DNA of 64,000 nt from the human T2T-CHM13v2.0 reference genome, Homo sapiens: NCBI RefSeq assembly GCF_009914755.1, contig NC_060936.1. The stretch is one strand, 5' to 3'. A program made the position numbers and the translations under genes. Below, piece by piece: positions 1 to 14,128 of the stretch (the stretch's first letter is position 1; each line of letters begins with the position of its first letter). The notes under the pieces were generated by a model. It worked only from the letters and a program-made list of their open reading frames with translations. It had not been told where the DNA came from and did not search any database.

Positions 1-589
1 TCTCTTTGTAAACTTCCCTGACTTGGCAGCATACAGTTAGCAGCACTCGCCAACTATATTTGACCCTGAAAGCTCTTTTTACCTAAGGAACGTCTTAGAG
101 AACTAGTGTGTTCCCCTCTCCACTAGAGAAATTTAGACGAAAGGAGACTAGAACTAGATAGAATTGGGGTTCATGAAGTGGACTATTGGAGGTGACAGAG
201 AGGAGTTTGGGGAAGCTTGGGGATAATTTGCAGAGGCAGCGATAATTTGAACTGTCATGAAGATGAAGAAGAATTGATCAAACAGGTAGTAGAGGGAGGT
301 GGGAGAGAGTGGAAAGGGCTTTTGAGAAAGAAGCAATAGCGTAAGTCAAGAGAGTCATGGATCACGTGGCATATTCAGAAAACAGTGGAAAACTGGGGGC
401 AGGTCTATGCTTCCAGAGCATAGTATGATCCATCCTTCACGCATCACCTTCTCTTGCTACCTACCCATGCTTGCTTTGGTGTAGTAGAAGAAATGCAGCC
501 CTTGCTCAAGCTTCCTGGAGTTCTCATCCACTGAGCCCACATTTTTCCTGTTATTTCTAAGATAATAAAGTATTGTGGTATGCGTTCAT

Positions 590-815
590 CCATGGGTTTG
601 GAGTCAGAAAGTCCTGGATTAAATCCCAACTACTCTCTTTCTATTGTCTGAGTTTGCATAAGCCATTGTCTCTTGTTCTGCCTCAGTTTCCTTGTCTATA
701 TGGTGGAGATGAGAAAAAGCACCTACCTCCTATTGTACTAATAAGCAAATGGCCAGAAGCTGTGCACATATAGGGACTGCTCAATGGTGGTAGCTATTAG
801 TATTGATGATTATTA
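590..815 (+). mobile_element. MIR SINE relic
   Basis: ggagtcagaaagtcctggattaaatccc...gcctcagtttccttgtctata...acctacctc follows the MIR core consensus. Confidence 0.75.
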
Positions 816-959
816 ATATTTTTGCGCCATTTGAGAAATGAGTATTCTTTGGGAATATCAGCCCCTTGCATAATATATACCACATAGTAGCATTTATGGG
901 AATGGTCACCCAAGTGCCCCTCATCTTTTGCTTTACAGTTTATAGAGAATGCCTTAAAG

Positions 960-1175
960 GAGTAAGGACCATGGGCTCAAGCCAGACTTACAAGATCTGT
1001 GACCTTGAACAAGTTACATGACCTCATAAGCCTTCATTTTCTTATCTGTAAATTGGGGATTAAATGACACCAACCTCGTCGAGTTGTTGTGAAGTATAAT
1101 TGGGTTAATTATGCATAACATTTCAGCAGAGCGACAGGCACAAACTAAAGTGCTGTGTGCTGTTTGCTATTATGA
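960..1175 (+). mobile_element. MIR SINE relic
   Basis: tgtgaccttgaacaagttac...ttttcttatctgtaaattggggat MIR core. Confidence 0.8.
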
Positions 1176-1494
1176 TTTCATAGTTTCTTCCTCTGCAGAT
1201 ATTCCCTGGGACCCAAACCTGAAGCCCCTGGGCTGCCCTTCCTCAGCGGGGCTGACTGGAGCAGTTACTGATGGCACCAGCTTAAAGAGGAAATGGAGAG
1301 TGTGTTTGCGTGTTTTCTGCCATGAAATAGGCATCCTGAGACAATCTCTTCATAACTGATGTAGCCGAGCCCTCCGTACTGAAATTGCTGGACTCACACG
1401 AGGCCCAGATGTGGTTTAAAGAGCATGTGGGGGAAATTTCCGTAGGAGCAACACAGATCTCTCTATTCAGAGTTTTTCTTGTGGGCAGCTTGCA

Positions 1495-1590
1495 TTTACT
1501 CATTCTTTCATTCCAGAAGTATTTATTTAGCCCCTGCTATGTGCCAGGCATTGTGATAATAGTTGGAATGCAGAGGTGAATAAAAGAGTA
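1495..1590 (-). mobile_element. L2 3' end fragment
   Basis: cattc...tatttatttagcccctgctatgtgccaggcattgtg is the reverse complement of the L2 terminus. Confidence 0.7.
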
Positions 1591-1600
1591 TGGGCTTGTC

Positions 1601-1730
1601 TATATAAATAAATAAATATATATGTATATGTGTGTGTATAACACCTATTATATATATTATGTATTAGGTGTGTGTTGTATATATATGTTTATATATGTGT
1701 GTGTTTATGTATAAGTATATATGTGATAAG
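1601..1730. repeat. (TA)n/(TG)n compound microsatellite
   Basis: Alternating TA/TG tracts seen directly. Confidence 0.85.
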
Positions 1731-1770
1731 AGTTTATAATCCTATATAGAGACAGATGTATTAAAATGGA

Positions 1771-2065
1771 TTTTTTTTTTTTTGAGACAGAGTCTTACTC
1801 TGTCATCAAAGCTGGAGTGCAGTGGTGCAATCTAGGCTCACAGTGACCTACACCTCCCATGTTCAAACGATTCTCCTGCCTCAGCCTCCCAAGTAGCAGG
1901 GATTACAGGCACACGCCACCACATCCAGGTAAATTTTTTTATTTTTAGTAGACTTGGGGTTTTGCCATATTGGCCAGGCTGGTCTCTAACTCCTGACCTC
2001 AAGTGATCCACCCACCTCAGCCTCCCAAAGTGCTGGGATTATAGGCATGAACCACCGCCCCCTGC
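1771..2065 (-). mobile_element. AluS, full length
   Basis: Poly-T then gagacagagtcttactc...cccaaagtgctgggattataggc; flanked by TSD taaaatgg(a/c)ttt. Confidence 0.95.
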
Positions 2066-2177
2066 TAAAATGGCTTTTATTCTGGTGGATAAATAAAGAA
2101 AACAGACCAGGACTTCTGCAAAATAATTTTTTTGCTACGGGCAAAGAAAATATAAATTTCTTTTTACTATAATACAA

Positions 2178-2290
2178 TTTAGCAAACATTAACTGAGCAT
2201 CTACTGTGTGCATAGCCCCATGCTGGGTTCTCTGAGGATACATTCATGAATAAGAGGCTACCCTCAGAAAGCTCATACTCTGGTATGATT
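2178..2290 (-). mobile_element. L2 3' end fragment
   Basis: aaacattaactgagcatctactgtgtgc...ccctcagaaagctcatactct. Confidence 0.6.
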
Positions 2291-2344
2291 ATGAGCCAAA
2301 GATATTCATTTCTTACAGTGTCCATCACTAGCTAGTGGAGGGAG

Positions 2345-2860
<516 letters not shown>

Positions 2861-3167
2861 AGTGAGTAACAGAGGAGTAGAAGAGTATTATTTTAAAAGC
2901 ACTTTTATTGAATTAGTAAGTGCTGGATTCAATGAAGAAGACTTGGTGAGGTTTTTAAAAAAATTTTTGTTTTAATTTTTCCAATGAGGGTTTTTGAGTT
3001 TTTTTGTTTTTTTTTTTTTGTTTTTTGATAGTCAGAATTGACCTTCCTGCATTCTACTGCATTTTTCTGTTGCAGAAACTGCTTATTTTTAAAGGCCCTG
3101 AACTTAGCTTCTCTTTGCCTTTAGACAAGTCTCACCTGAGGGCTCTATATAGACCAAAGGACCTATT

Positions 3168-3279
3168 TAGAGTGACCAACTGTCCCCGGGTGCCAGAGCC
3201 TGAAGGGTTTTCTAGGACATAGGACTCTCAGTGCTAAAACCAGGACAGTCCTGGGCAAACCAGAGTGGCTAGTACCCCT
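3168..3279 (-). mobile_element. MER81-like hAT-Blackjack MITE
   Basis: Degenerate TIRs tagagtgaccaactgtcc / ggctagtacccct; internal tcagtgctaaaaccaggacagtcctgggcaaacc. Confidence 0.75.
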
Positions 3280-3486
3280 CCTGGGTACATAACAAGAAGG
3301 TGCACATGTACAGTCTCTCTGGGTGTCCGCAAGTGTGGGCCTCAGAAAATGAAAGTGACACCCGGACAACACACAGCTGTGTCTGGCACCCGAAGGACAA
3401 GGTCCACAGGACAGAGCCCTAGCAGCCTGAGACCTGCATGCATCTACCCCACCTAAGGCTGCCTCTGCCACAGCACAGCCTTCTGG

Positions 3487-3496
3487 TGACTCAGCA
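3487..3496 (+). promoter_or_regulatory. AP-1/MARE(ARE) motif TGACTCAGCA
   Basis: Exact match to the NFE2/NRF2-MAF consensus; function untested. Confidence 0.3.
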
Positions 3497-4249
3497 GCCT
3501 TCTAGGTCCTGAGCCGCAGCTTCCAATCACTGAGAGCAGCTCTTGCTCCTGATACTAGTTATCAGTGACTCTTATTAGGTATACTAGTTATACTAGGTAT
3601 GAGTGACTCTTGAGTCACTCAGAGAGGATTCGGAATGGAGGTAGGATGGAAGAATTAGCAACTGCATGCGAGGTGCAACATGAGAGCCATGGCTTTGTTC
3701 TTAGGGTTGGTTCTGGATTCAAATTTAGCTCTGCTACTCTCTAGTGACATGACTTTGGACAAGCTACCTACCTCTTCTGAGCCTCATTTTCCTATTTGGA
3801 GAACTACATAACACATGTCACCTACTTAGCGTAGGGAAGGGTACACAGACAGGACTTCATAAATGGCACTCATCAATGACAATTGTTGCTACTATTGTAC
3901 TGGCATGATCACACATAGTATTGACATGATCATAAAAACACATTATTGTGACTAGCATCGACAGGATTATAAATAGTATTGACATTATCGCAAATTGGGA
4001 ACATGGCTATTCCTCCCTCCTCATCCTTTAAGCCATTTAAAATAGCTGCAAAATCCAGACCAACACTTCAAACAGAAACACAAACACAAAAATTTAGAAG
4101 TGGTGGTGAGTCTCTTTACAAGTTCAAACAAACAAACAAAAAAAAGATGTTCAAGTAGGATACATTAAAAACACGTAGATTCGATTTTTAAAATCTCTAC
4201 TTTTTTTTCCAGCTTTGGAAGAGACAATTCTTCCAAATTCTCATGGTCT

Positions 4250-4550
4250 AAATCAATCTCTCCCAAAGTATGTTTAGGTAAAAATATGTATTATTTTATG
4301 AAATAATAAAATAAAATAAAATAAAGGAGGTAGTCCAGGAATTAAATGGGTTTGGGGAATATTGAACTAAATTAAATGTAATGAGTTTCTTTACTGCAAG
4401 ACTTCTCAAAGCTTTTACTACACGGATCAATTTCCTGACTCTCCGAGAGGGGAAGCATGTGATGCCGTTCCCCTATTGACTTGGTAATGCCACCCTTTGT
4501 TCATGGAACATGGACTAGGGTTGGGTGGAATGGAGTTGAAAAGTTCTAAT
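4250..4550 (+). mobile_element. MER103C-like hAT-Charlie relic
   Basis: gtttctttactgcaagacttctcaaagctttt...ctccgagaggggga resembles the MER103 consensus. Confidence 0.6.
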
Positions 4551-5225
4551 TCAGATGTTTCTGCCGAAGTTCTAGATTCTTCCTCATCTCAGTCCACACC
4601 CCATCGCATGGCTTCCTAGGGAATTCCTACTTTATTCCTGGTCTCTGAATCCTTCCACTTGGCCACTCAAGAGCTCTGACTCATTCCTGAGCTTGGCCTT
4701 TACTCCTAAGTGGGTCTGAATTCTACCCACTGACCTCCCAAGGAATAGGACACTAGAATCTGAGCAAACATGGAAACTTTTCTCTGTATCTCATCCCTCC
4801 TTTCTGGGAAACTGGGTGTTGTTGTTGTTGTTTGATCTACCAATATGTTTCATTTCTCCTCAGAGAGCATTGCTATTCGATGAAGATGATGGACATGTTG
4901 ATGCTCCTCATGATGATAAAATAAGAAATAGCTTATCTTTACAGAGCAGATACTATGTGCCTGGCACTGTCCCTCATCCCTGTGCAGTGGATACTATTAT
5001 AAATGAGGAAACTGAGGTTACAGGAAGGTCTGTGGCTTTCCCATGATTACCCACCTAGTAAGTTGTAGAACCTGTCTCTACATGAATGATCTCATTCGAG
5101 ACCACCAGAAAATTGACTTAATTCAGAACTCATTTTTTTAAACTACATGATGCTGATTTTTCTCAAAAACATAAGTAAAGATCCTAAATGAACTCTAACA
5201 GGCAGACCCTCATCAAAATGATCAC

Positions 5226-5298
5226 ATCAAGTAGGTTTGGGAAATATCGAACTAAATTAAATTTAATGAGTTTCTTTACGACAGAACTTCTCAAAGCT
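5226..5298 (+). repeat. 73 bp direct duplicate of 4341-4413
   Basis: Ungapped alignment by eye, 10 mismatches in 73. Confidence 0.85.
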
Positions 5299-6994
5299 CA
5301 AACGAGGGCCCTGTAAACCCTCAGCTTCCTTTAAACACTAACTTAGGATACCTCAAAATATAAGATGAGCACCCCAAGCCCCATACAATATGGCGACCAA
5401 TGACGTGAGCCTTGAATAACCATCTTCCACCATCTGTTTCAGCTTGGCAGGGGAAACAAAGGCATACAGCCCCAGGTTACATGCTGATGTGACTCACAGA
5501 TGTGTTGGCTTTACCCTATCTCTGCCATTGGCATTCTTTTATTCCATCAGCATCTCAGGGTTTTGTTTTGGGTTTTTTTCTTCTAAATAATGGGGTAATG
5601 AAGCAACCCTATCCTATGCCAAAAGATGCTTTCCTGACCTGGGGTACTCACAAGTCCAACCCTTCAAGTTATTAATTACAAGCCCAGAATCACCTCCGCC
5701 CAGTCCCCCACCCCAGCCAGCAGAGATAAGGTGCTGTCCTACTTCCTCCAGCAAACTGTCTCCTTGTCACGTCGTTGGCGCCACCGAGGTGACTGGCGCC
5801 CGCCACACCTTCCTGCCCACCCCGTGAGGTGGCAGCTTATCATCTGAGAGTGAAGTGATGCGTGTGTCCACACACAGGCTGGTTGCAGACAGTATTTGCA
5901 GGCTTGTAAAAGGTGCTATATAAATCAATTATTAATACTAATCAGAACATGATGGCCCCACTAGCAGGAGAGGGGAGGCCCAGACGTGGGGGCCACACCC
6001 TCCTTGACACAGTCAGTCAGGAGCCAGGTATCTCACGAGTTATAAAGAGATGTGAGGAGAGATGACCCAAGAGTGATAAGAATTAACCTCTTCTCCACGG
6101 GTCCCACCTGGCCCTTCAAAAGCCTCTGCCTGACAGCACTGCCTAAGTTAAAGAAAGTTCTGGAACTTTAGAATGACAGGACTTTGAGAGCAAGGCCTTG
6201 GTGCCAGTACTTAGTCCTACGCTCTCTGTTGGATTCAGTCAGGGCTGTAGTTTATCCTCATTGGACTCTAGAGGGTGCCTACCAAGACATATTTCTCACA
6301 ACCAGGTTGTCACTTCTTGACATTGGGTGGCGCCATTCACGGACCATGGATCTGGGTTTATTTTCTTAAGCCACTTTCTGTTTCCCCCTTGGGATCCACC
6401 TTGTGAGCTTGGAGCCAAAGAAACCATTTCTTCATGTAATAGATGTGATGAATTGATTTCAGGTTTATTCTCAGATGTTCCAAGATCCTGGTCTAGTTTG
6501 GTTACCCTCCTAAGAGCATTCAAATTATCTTCATGGGTGGTACGAAAGTCACACAGACAAACAAAAACCAAAATAAGTATCACCCATCACCAGAAAGTAA
6601 TAAGTATCAAGTATCCCATGACCCTTGGAATCTGCTACTGTCAAGGTGGCATATCCAAAGTGGACAATCTTAGTTGATTCATTAGTGATTGACAGTTAGT
6701 TGACAATTAGTGATTAACACTAAATCCTAAAGGTTGGATATCCCTGTCCTAAAAAAATTGATAATAAAAATGAATATTTGTTCAGCATGAATATCCTAAG
6801 AATCTAAAGTACCAAGAAAGGTGGCATAAAACGGAGGAAGGATCCTGGAGGAAATGAAATGGAAGAGACCCAGAGAGTCATCGCACAGAAAAAGCCTGGG
6901 ATAGATGAGCAATGATGGATCTAGATAGCAGACACCACTCCAGGGAGATACCAGCCTCAACTCGCTTTTATTCTGGGGTGGACAGTAAAGTCAG

Positions 6995-7497
6995 TGTAGG
7001 CAGAATAATGCCCAACCCCCACCCCAAAGACTTCCACATCCTAATCCCTGGAATCCCCAGAATTTGGGAATATGTGACCTTACATAGCAAAAGAGACTCG
7101 TAGATGTGATTAAGCTAAGGACCCTGAGATGAGGGGATTATGCTGGATTACCCAGGAGGGTCCAATGTCATCACAAGGGTCTTCATAAGAAAGAAACAGG
7201 AGAGGCAGAGACAGAGGAGATGTGAAGGCAAGCAGAGATCAGGGCAATGCAACTACTGGCTTTGAAGAACAGAAGGGGGCCGTGAGCCGAGGCCTGTGAG
7301 CAGCCTCTAGGAGAAAAAAAGAAAAAAGCAAGGAAACTGATTCTCGTCTAAAGTGTCCAGAAGAGATGCAGCCCTGCCAAGACCTTGATTTTAGAACTTA
7401 TTATCTCCGGAATTGTAAAAAAAATTGTAAATATGCATTGTTTCAGGCCACTGCATTTGTGGTAATTCTGTTGCAGCAGCAGTACTAAATTAATATA
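6995..7497 (+). mobile_element. MLT1 (C/D-like) MaLR solo LTR
   Basis: tgtaggcagaataatg...cacatcctaatccctggaa...gtggtaattctgttgcagcagcagtactaaattaatata. Confidence 0.85.
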
Positions 7498-7639
7498 ATG
7501 GGTAAGTTTGGGCTGTTCTCCAATCTCAGCCCTCTTAGGCACCCTGAAGAGCTGTGGTCAGTTGCAGGGTGTGACACATAACTTATTTCTAATCATTATT
7601 CAATCACTAAAGTTTGGGAATTATTTACTTAAAAGTTTA

Positions 7640-7945
<306 letters not shown>

Positions 7946-7965
7946 GATTTAGAATAGGTTTCTGC

Positions 7966-8170
7966 ATTTATTCATTCATTCAATAAATATTTATTGAACA
8001 CCTCCTATGTGCCAGGTCTCTTCCTGGTGCTGGGATGAAGAGGTAATTGAGCCAGGTAAATAGCTGCCCCCATGAAAGTGACAATCTAATGGAATGACTC
8101 TATGGTGAAGAGGTGAACAGTTGAATGACTCACGTCATTGCAGATAATGATGAGGGCCATGAGGATGCTA
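7966..8170 (-). mobile_element. L2 3' fragment
   Basis: ttcattcattcaataaatatttattgaacacctcctatgtgccagg. Confidence 0.8.
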
Positions 8171-8514
8171 GAGAGTGGACCAGAAACTGACCCTAACCCC
8201 ACCCATGCCCACAACAGGGCACGTTCTGCAGGTCAACATCTCTGCTTAGGAAGCATTGCGGGAGATTCTATGCCAAGGAACATTTGAACCCTGCTGATGA
8301 TGTTAGGGAAGACACTGTAGGTGATAGCAGAGTCTTAAGGGGGTTGAAGAAACGTGGGGTCAAGCCACTTAAGGGGTGCCCAGGCTACTTCCTATGGGCA
8401 TCTCACAGGTCTCCTCAACCCAGTGACTTCGGGGCTATACAATAGCACTACCTGGGTGGCTTTTTAGTTGTTATTTTAATTATACAGTGGAAAGACAGTT
8501 TGGACATATAAACA

Positions 8515-8678
8515 AACACTTCTCAAATTCCAGCTGGCACATAGATCCCCTGGAACCTTGTCAAAATGAGACTGGTTCAGCAGGTCTGAGGTGGGGCCTG
8601 AGATTCAGTATTTCTTGCCAGCTCCCAGGGAATGTCCAAGCTGCCAGGCCACGGACCACACGCTCTGGATTAGCAAGG
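8515..8678 (+). mobile_element. MER5-family hAT-Charlie MITE
   Basis: cttctcaaa...caggtctgaggtggggcctgagattc...ggaccacac...tagcaagg. Confidence 0.75.
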
Positions 8679-8779
8679 GGGTGGACAACCAAATTAGCCA
8701 AATTCCACCAACAGCCCCCAAATGGGTAAATCGCCAAGTGCAAAGGGTTAATAGTTATCTTCTTGTAACACCCCAGTAG

Positions 8780-8995
8780 TTTTCTGCACATGGGCTGCAG
8801 GGTACACTTATACTCTGACACTTACTAATTGTGGCATCTGGGGTAAGTTACTTCATGACCCTGTGCCTCAGTTTTTCCATCCATAAAATGGGATCATGAT
8901 GGTATCTACTTCAGAGAGTTGTTATGAGGATTCAATGAGTAAATACAGGAAAAGTACTGCATGTCGTCAGTGTTCAATGTGTGGTAGCTATCCGA
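8780..8995 (+). mobile_element. MIR SINE relic
   Basis: gtaagttacttc...gcctcagtttttccatccataaaatggg...gttgttatgaggatt. Confidence 0.8.
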
Positions 8996-9100
8996 ACTAA
9001 CGTTTCTTCCCCTCTTTAGACCATAGCTTCATAAGGACAAATTTTGCACCTGATATTTTAAATGTGCTCTATGCTGAGCCTGGATTCTGGCACTTAGTAA

Positions 9101-9478
<378 letters not shown>

Positions 9479-9547
9479 TCCAAATGAGTTTATTTTCAAA
9501 GGCACCGTCAAAGGAAGAAAAGGGGAAAGGGGGTAAAGGGAGAAATT

Positions 9548-9750
9548 CACATTTATTGATTAGCTATCCTGTGCCCAGCATGGCACCAGTTGCTTTTCAT
9601 ACACCATTATAGTTCATGCAGTCAAGAGGCCTAAGACAGAAGAAAGAGAGATCCTGCAGGTTGAGGCTTAAAGAGGCAAAAACACTTGCTCAGGATCTCG
9701 TGGCTGTTAAGTGACGAAGGTAGGGTTCAAAGCCATGCCTGCCCAAGCTG
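9548..9750 (-). mobile_element. MIR SINE relic
   Basis: acatttattga...gaggcttaaagagg...cacttgctcagg. Confidence 0.55.
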
Positions 9751-11479
9751 GTTTTCCTCACCAACCCTGTGACACAAAACCTTCTCTGACCCCCGGTATT
9801 TCCCATTAAGAGAATTAGTCACCGTTGGCTTTGATCGGCTGGGCTGGGCTGGCAATGTAGTCCTTAATGGCATTTCTCTCAGGCCCTTATCTTTATTAAC
9901 TGTGAATTTATCTTCCTCCAGAGATAGGGCTCTGGGTGAAGGGCCCCCTGCCCACACCTAGGCAAGTCTTACCTGCTCTGAACGGACCAGCAGGTGACTG
10001 TGAGTCCTTTAATTGCCTTCTTCCTCACCTAACCCCTTCCCTTAAGTTCAAACCTGCACTGTAAACATGATCTCCAGGACCAAAGGTAAGGGAGGTGAAG
10101 CTTGTGGATATTAACCCATAAAAACCCTTGATAAGCCCAGCGCATTTCATAGCACCATAAATTAATTCTTGTCCTTCATAGCCTGTGAGGAGAGCAGAAG
10201 ATGAAGAGCAAACTGAGGAGTCACGCAAGGCCAATGATTGCACAATTGGCGCCGAGAGATGCTATCTGAGTCGGAACAGAAGAGGCTGACCCCAGAGTGT
10301 CCCCTTCTAGCAGGTGAAGGGTTTGGGCCAGATCATCCTGTATGGATTGTGACATTGTATGAATTCGAAAACGAAAGAAAGCGCTCTGTGAAGGGGCATG
10401 AAAGGGCTTGTCCAGCCAGCATTTCATGGCCTGAGACAGTTCCTCTTAGAGTCCATGAGATATAAACAGGTGACTTTTTGTCAAGGCAGAGATTTCCCCC
10501 CAATTAGATTGAAACCCCCCTCCTCAGGGTGAGCCTAGAATTAGTGCAGTTTTGATAACTCAAAGAGTGATTGAACTCATTTCAGCCATGTCCTCAAAGT
10601 TCTGACCCCAGAGGCCACCTAAGTTCGCCATTTTCTGCAAGTCTTATGGTTCTAAAAAGTTATCTCTTATAATGCTTGAAAAGAAGGTTTAAGAATTTTC
10701 CAGTGTATGATGGTTCCGAACAAGCAGAGTCATTTCTCAAGAATTGTTTTTGCAAGGTTGTTTACGACTGGCTTTCTCACTTGTTTGCTTCCTTCTAACA
10801 CAATTTTCTGAATACCGGCCATGTGCCAGATATTATATTATCAGCCACGGTATACCAGATATACATTTATGGCTCCCTGAAATTCCTGACCTAGTGGAGA
10901 ATAAAGATTAATCTACCAGAAACTATAATACACTGTGACAAGTTACATGATTAGAGAGAAAATACAGTTGGGATTTTAAACCAACCACCACATGGGCTTG
11001 CTTTTGCTACACAGCAAATATCTCTCAAATTCTTCATTCATTTGGAGTCAGCAAATATTTGGAGAATACGAAATCACTTCATTAGTAGCTGAATGCAACC
11101 TACAAGGTAATCCATATAACACACTCCAAGGCCAATCATCAAATTCATTTGAATATTCCACTTCTTGGGGTTTCGTGCTCATCAATTCCCTACATGTATA
11201 GATGGTATGAGATAGCCCATACTTCAAATGTTTCAAAAATATTATTTGAGTTGTCAAACATTATAAAATTAAAAACTCACTTAGGCAATGTAGAAAAGAA
11301 GATGAGTCAATATCTTTAAGAGTGTGACTTTGAGAAATTGGCTTAGGACAGAGATAAGGTAAAATTCAAAAACTCATTTTTGACCTGAAAAATATGTTGC
11401 CCTCCCTAAGACTTACCAAAAACAAAAAGAAAAAAAAACAAACATATCGAACTCAGATCCACAACCTGATTTTCAAAAT

Positions 11480-11780
11480 CAGTCTACACAAATATTCATG
11501 TTTAAAGATGTCCTTCACGGTGTTATTTATAATACAAGAAACTTGAAAGACCCTACAAGTTCATTAGTAGGAGAATGGTTAGCTAGCAATTAAGTAGCAA
11601 ATAAAAACATTTAGAAAGCTTTTACTGACATGTAAAAGAAAGATTTCTGATGCTAGGATGAAAGGCAGAATACAAAATAAAATATTAAATAGTTTTAAAT
11701 AAGTTTTAAGGATCGAGAATAAAGAAAGACACCAAAATGTTAACAAAAGTTGCCTCTGGGCAATGGAAATGATATTAAAC
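11480..11780 (+). mobile_element. Old L1M (L1MC/ME-like) 3' fragment
   Basis: aagatgtccttcacggtgttatttataata...gtaggagaatggtt...caccaaaatgttaaca. Confidence 0.6.
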
Positions 11781-11869
11781 AAATGAGATTTGGTGCTTGA
11801 GACCTTTGGATCAAATCCTGGCTTCACCACCTTTTACTTGGATTTCTTTTTCTTTTTCTTTTATCCTAA

Positions 11870-12556
11870 AACATTAGTATTTTATTTTTATTTTTTTATT
11901 TCCATAGGTTTTGGGGGAACAGGTGGTGTTTGTTTACATGAGTTACTTCTTTAGTGGTGATTAGTGAAATTTTGGTGCACCCATCACCCGAGCAGTATAC
12001 ACTGAACCCAATTTCTAGCCTTTTATCCCTCACCCCCTTCCCATTCTTTCCCCCTGAGTCTCCAAAGTCCATTGGGTCATCCTTATGCCTTTGCGTCCTC
12101 ATAGCTTAGCTCCCACCTATGAGTGAGAACGTACGATGTTTGGTTTTCCATCCCTGAGTTACTTCACTTAGAATAATAGTCTCCAATCCCATCTAGGTTG
12201 CTGCAAATGCCATTAATTCATGCGTTTTTATGGCCAAGTAGTATTCCATTGTGTGTGTATGTGTATATATATACACATATATATATACACATACACACAC
12301 ATATATACACATATATATATACATACACACACATACCACAATTTCTTTATATGTATATATATGTGTATATATGTATATGTGTATATATGTGTATGTATAT
12401 ACACACTACATATGTGTATATATGTGTATGTATATACACATACACACACATGCCACAATTTCTTTATCTACTTGTTGATTGATGGGCATTTCTGTTGGTG
12501 CCACATTTTTGCAGTTGCGAATTGTGCTGCTATAAAAATGTGTATGTAAGTATCTT
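11870..12556 (-). mobile_element. L1PB1-like 3' fragment with internal (TA/CA)n expansion
   Basis: ttatttccataggttttgggggaacaggtggtgtttg...ggtgcacccatcacccgagcagtatacactg. Confidence 0.88.
12249..12450. repeat. (TA)/(CA)/(TG) compound microsatellite
   Basis: Seen directly, inside the L1PB element. Confidence 0.9.
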
Positions 12557-12660
12557 TGGATTAATATTCTCTCTCAACTTCTTTTTCATCTTCTAAAAAA
12601 TGGGCTCATAACAATACCTGCCTCATAGTGCTGCTGTAAGAATTAAAAGAAATAATGCAA

Positions 12661-13560
<900 letters not shown>

Positions 13561-13994
13561 TATACTAAATGATTAATAATGGAAACTATTATATGTGAGC
13601 ATATGTAATACAATATTATGGGTATATACTTTAATAAGCTTTCCACAAGTTAAATATACTATACATGGCATCAGAAACAGATTGATCTTAAACTTTTTAA
13701 ATTTTACAATTAGAAATAGAATTTCAGATGTCAAACTGCCATCAAATAGGCTTAGTTCCATTGTTCCAGTGCTTTAGCAATGAACCAGGCTTGGCAGGGG
13801 TTGTGGTGATTCAAAACTCTGAGCAAGGTTTAAATGCTGATAGGGATCATTTCTTACCTTTATAGAGAAACGTTCATAAATCATGAGAGAGGGTTTGAAT
13901 CTCTGTGTATTTGTCCTATGAGTATAAAGTAAGGTTGTTTTCTTGTAAGCAGAGAAGGAGATTTTTACTGTTCATATAAAGTGAATTTATGGAA

Positions 13995-14128
13995 GCCGGG
14001 CACAGTAGCTTGTCCTACCTGTAATCCTAACTACTTGGGAAGCCAGAGCAGGAGGATCCCTTGAGGTCAGGAGTTCAAGACCAGCCTGAGCAACATAGCC
14101 AGACCCTGTCTCTAAAAAAGAAGAAAAA
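13995..14128 (+). mobile_element. FLAM (free left Alu monomer)
   Basis: Single Alu left arm followed by an A-rich tail. Confidence 0.85.

Noticed and set aside
5760-5870. CpG island or promoter
   Set aside because: Too short and too few CpGs; kept only as a motif-level candidate
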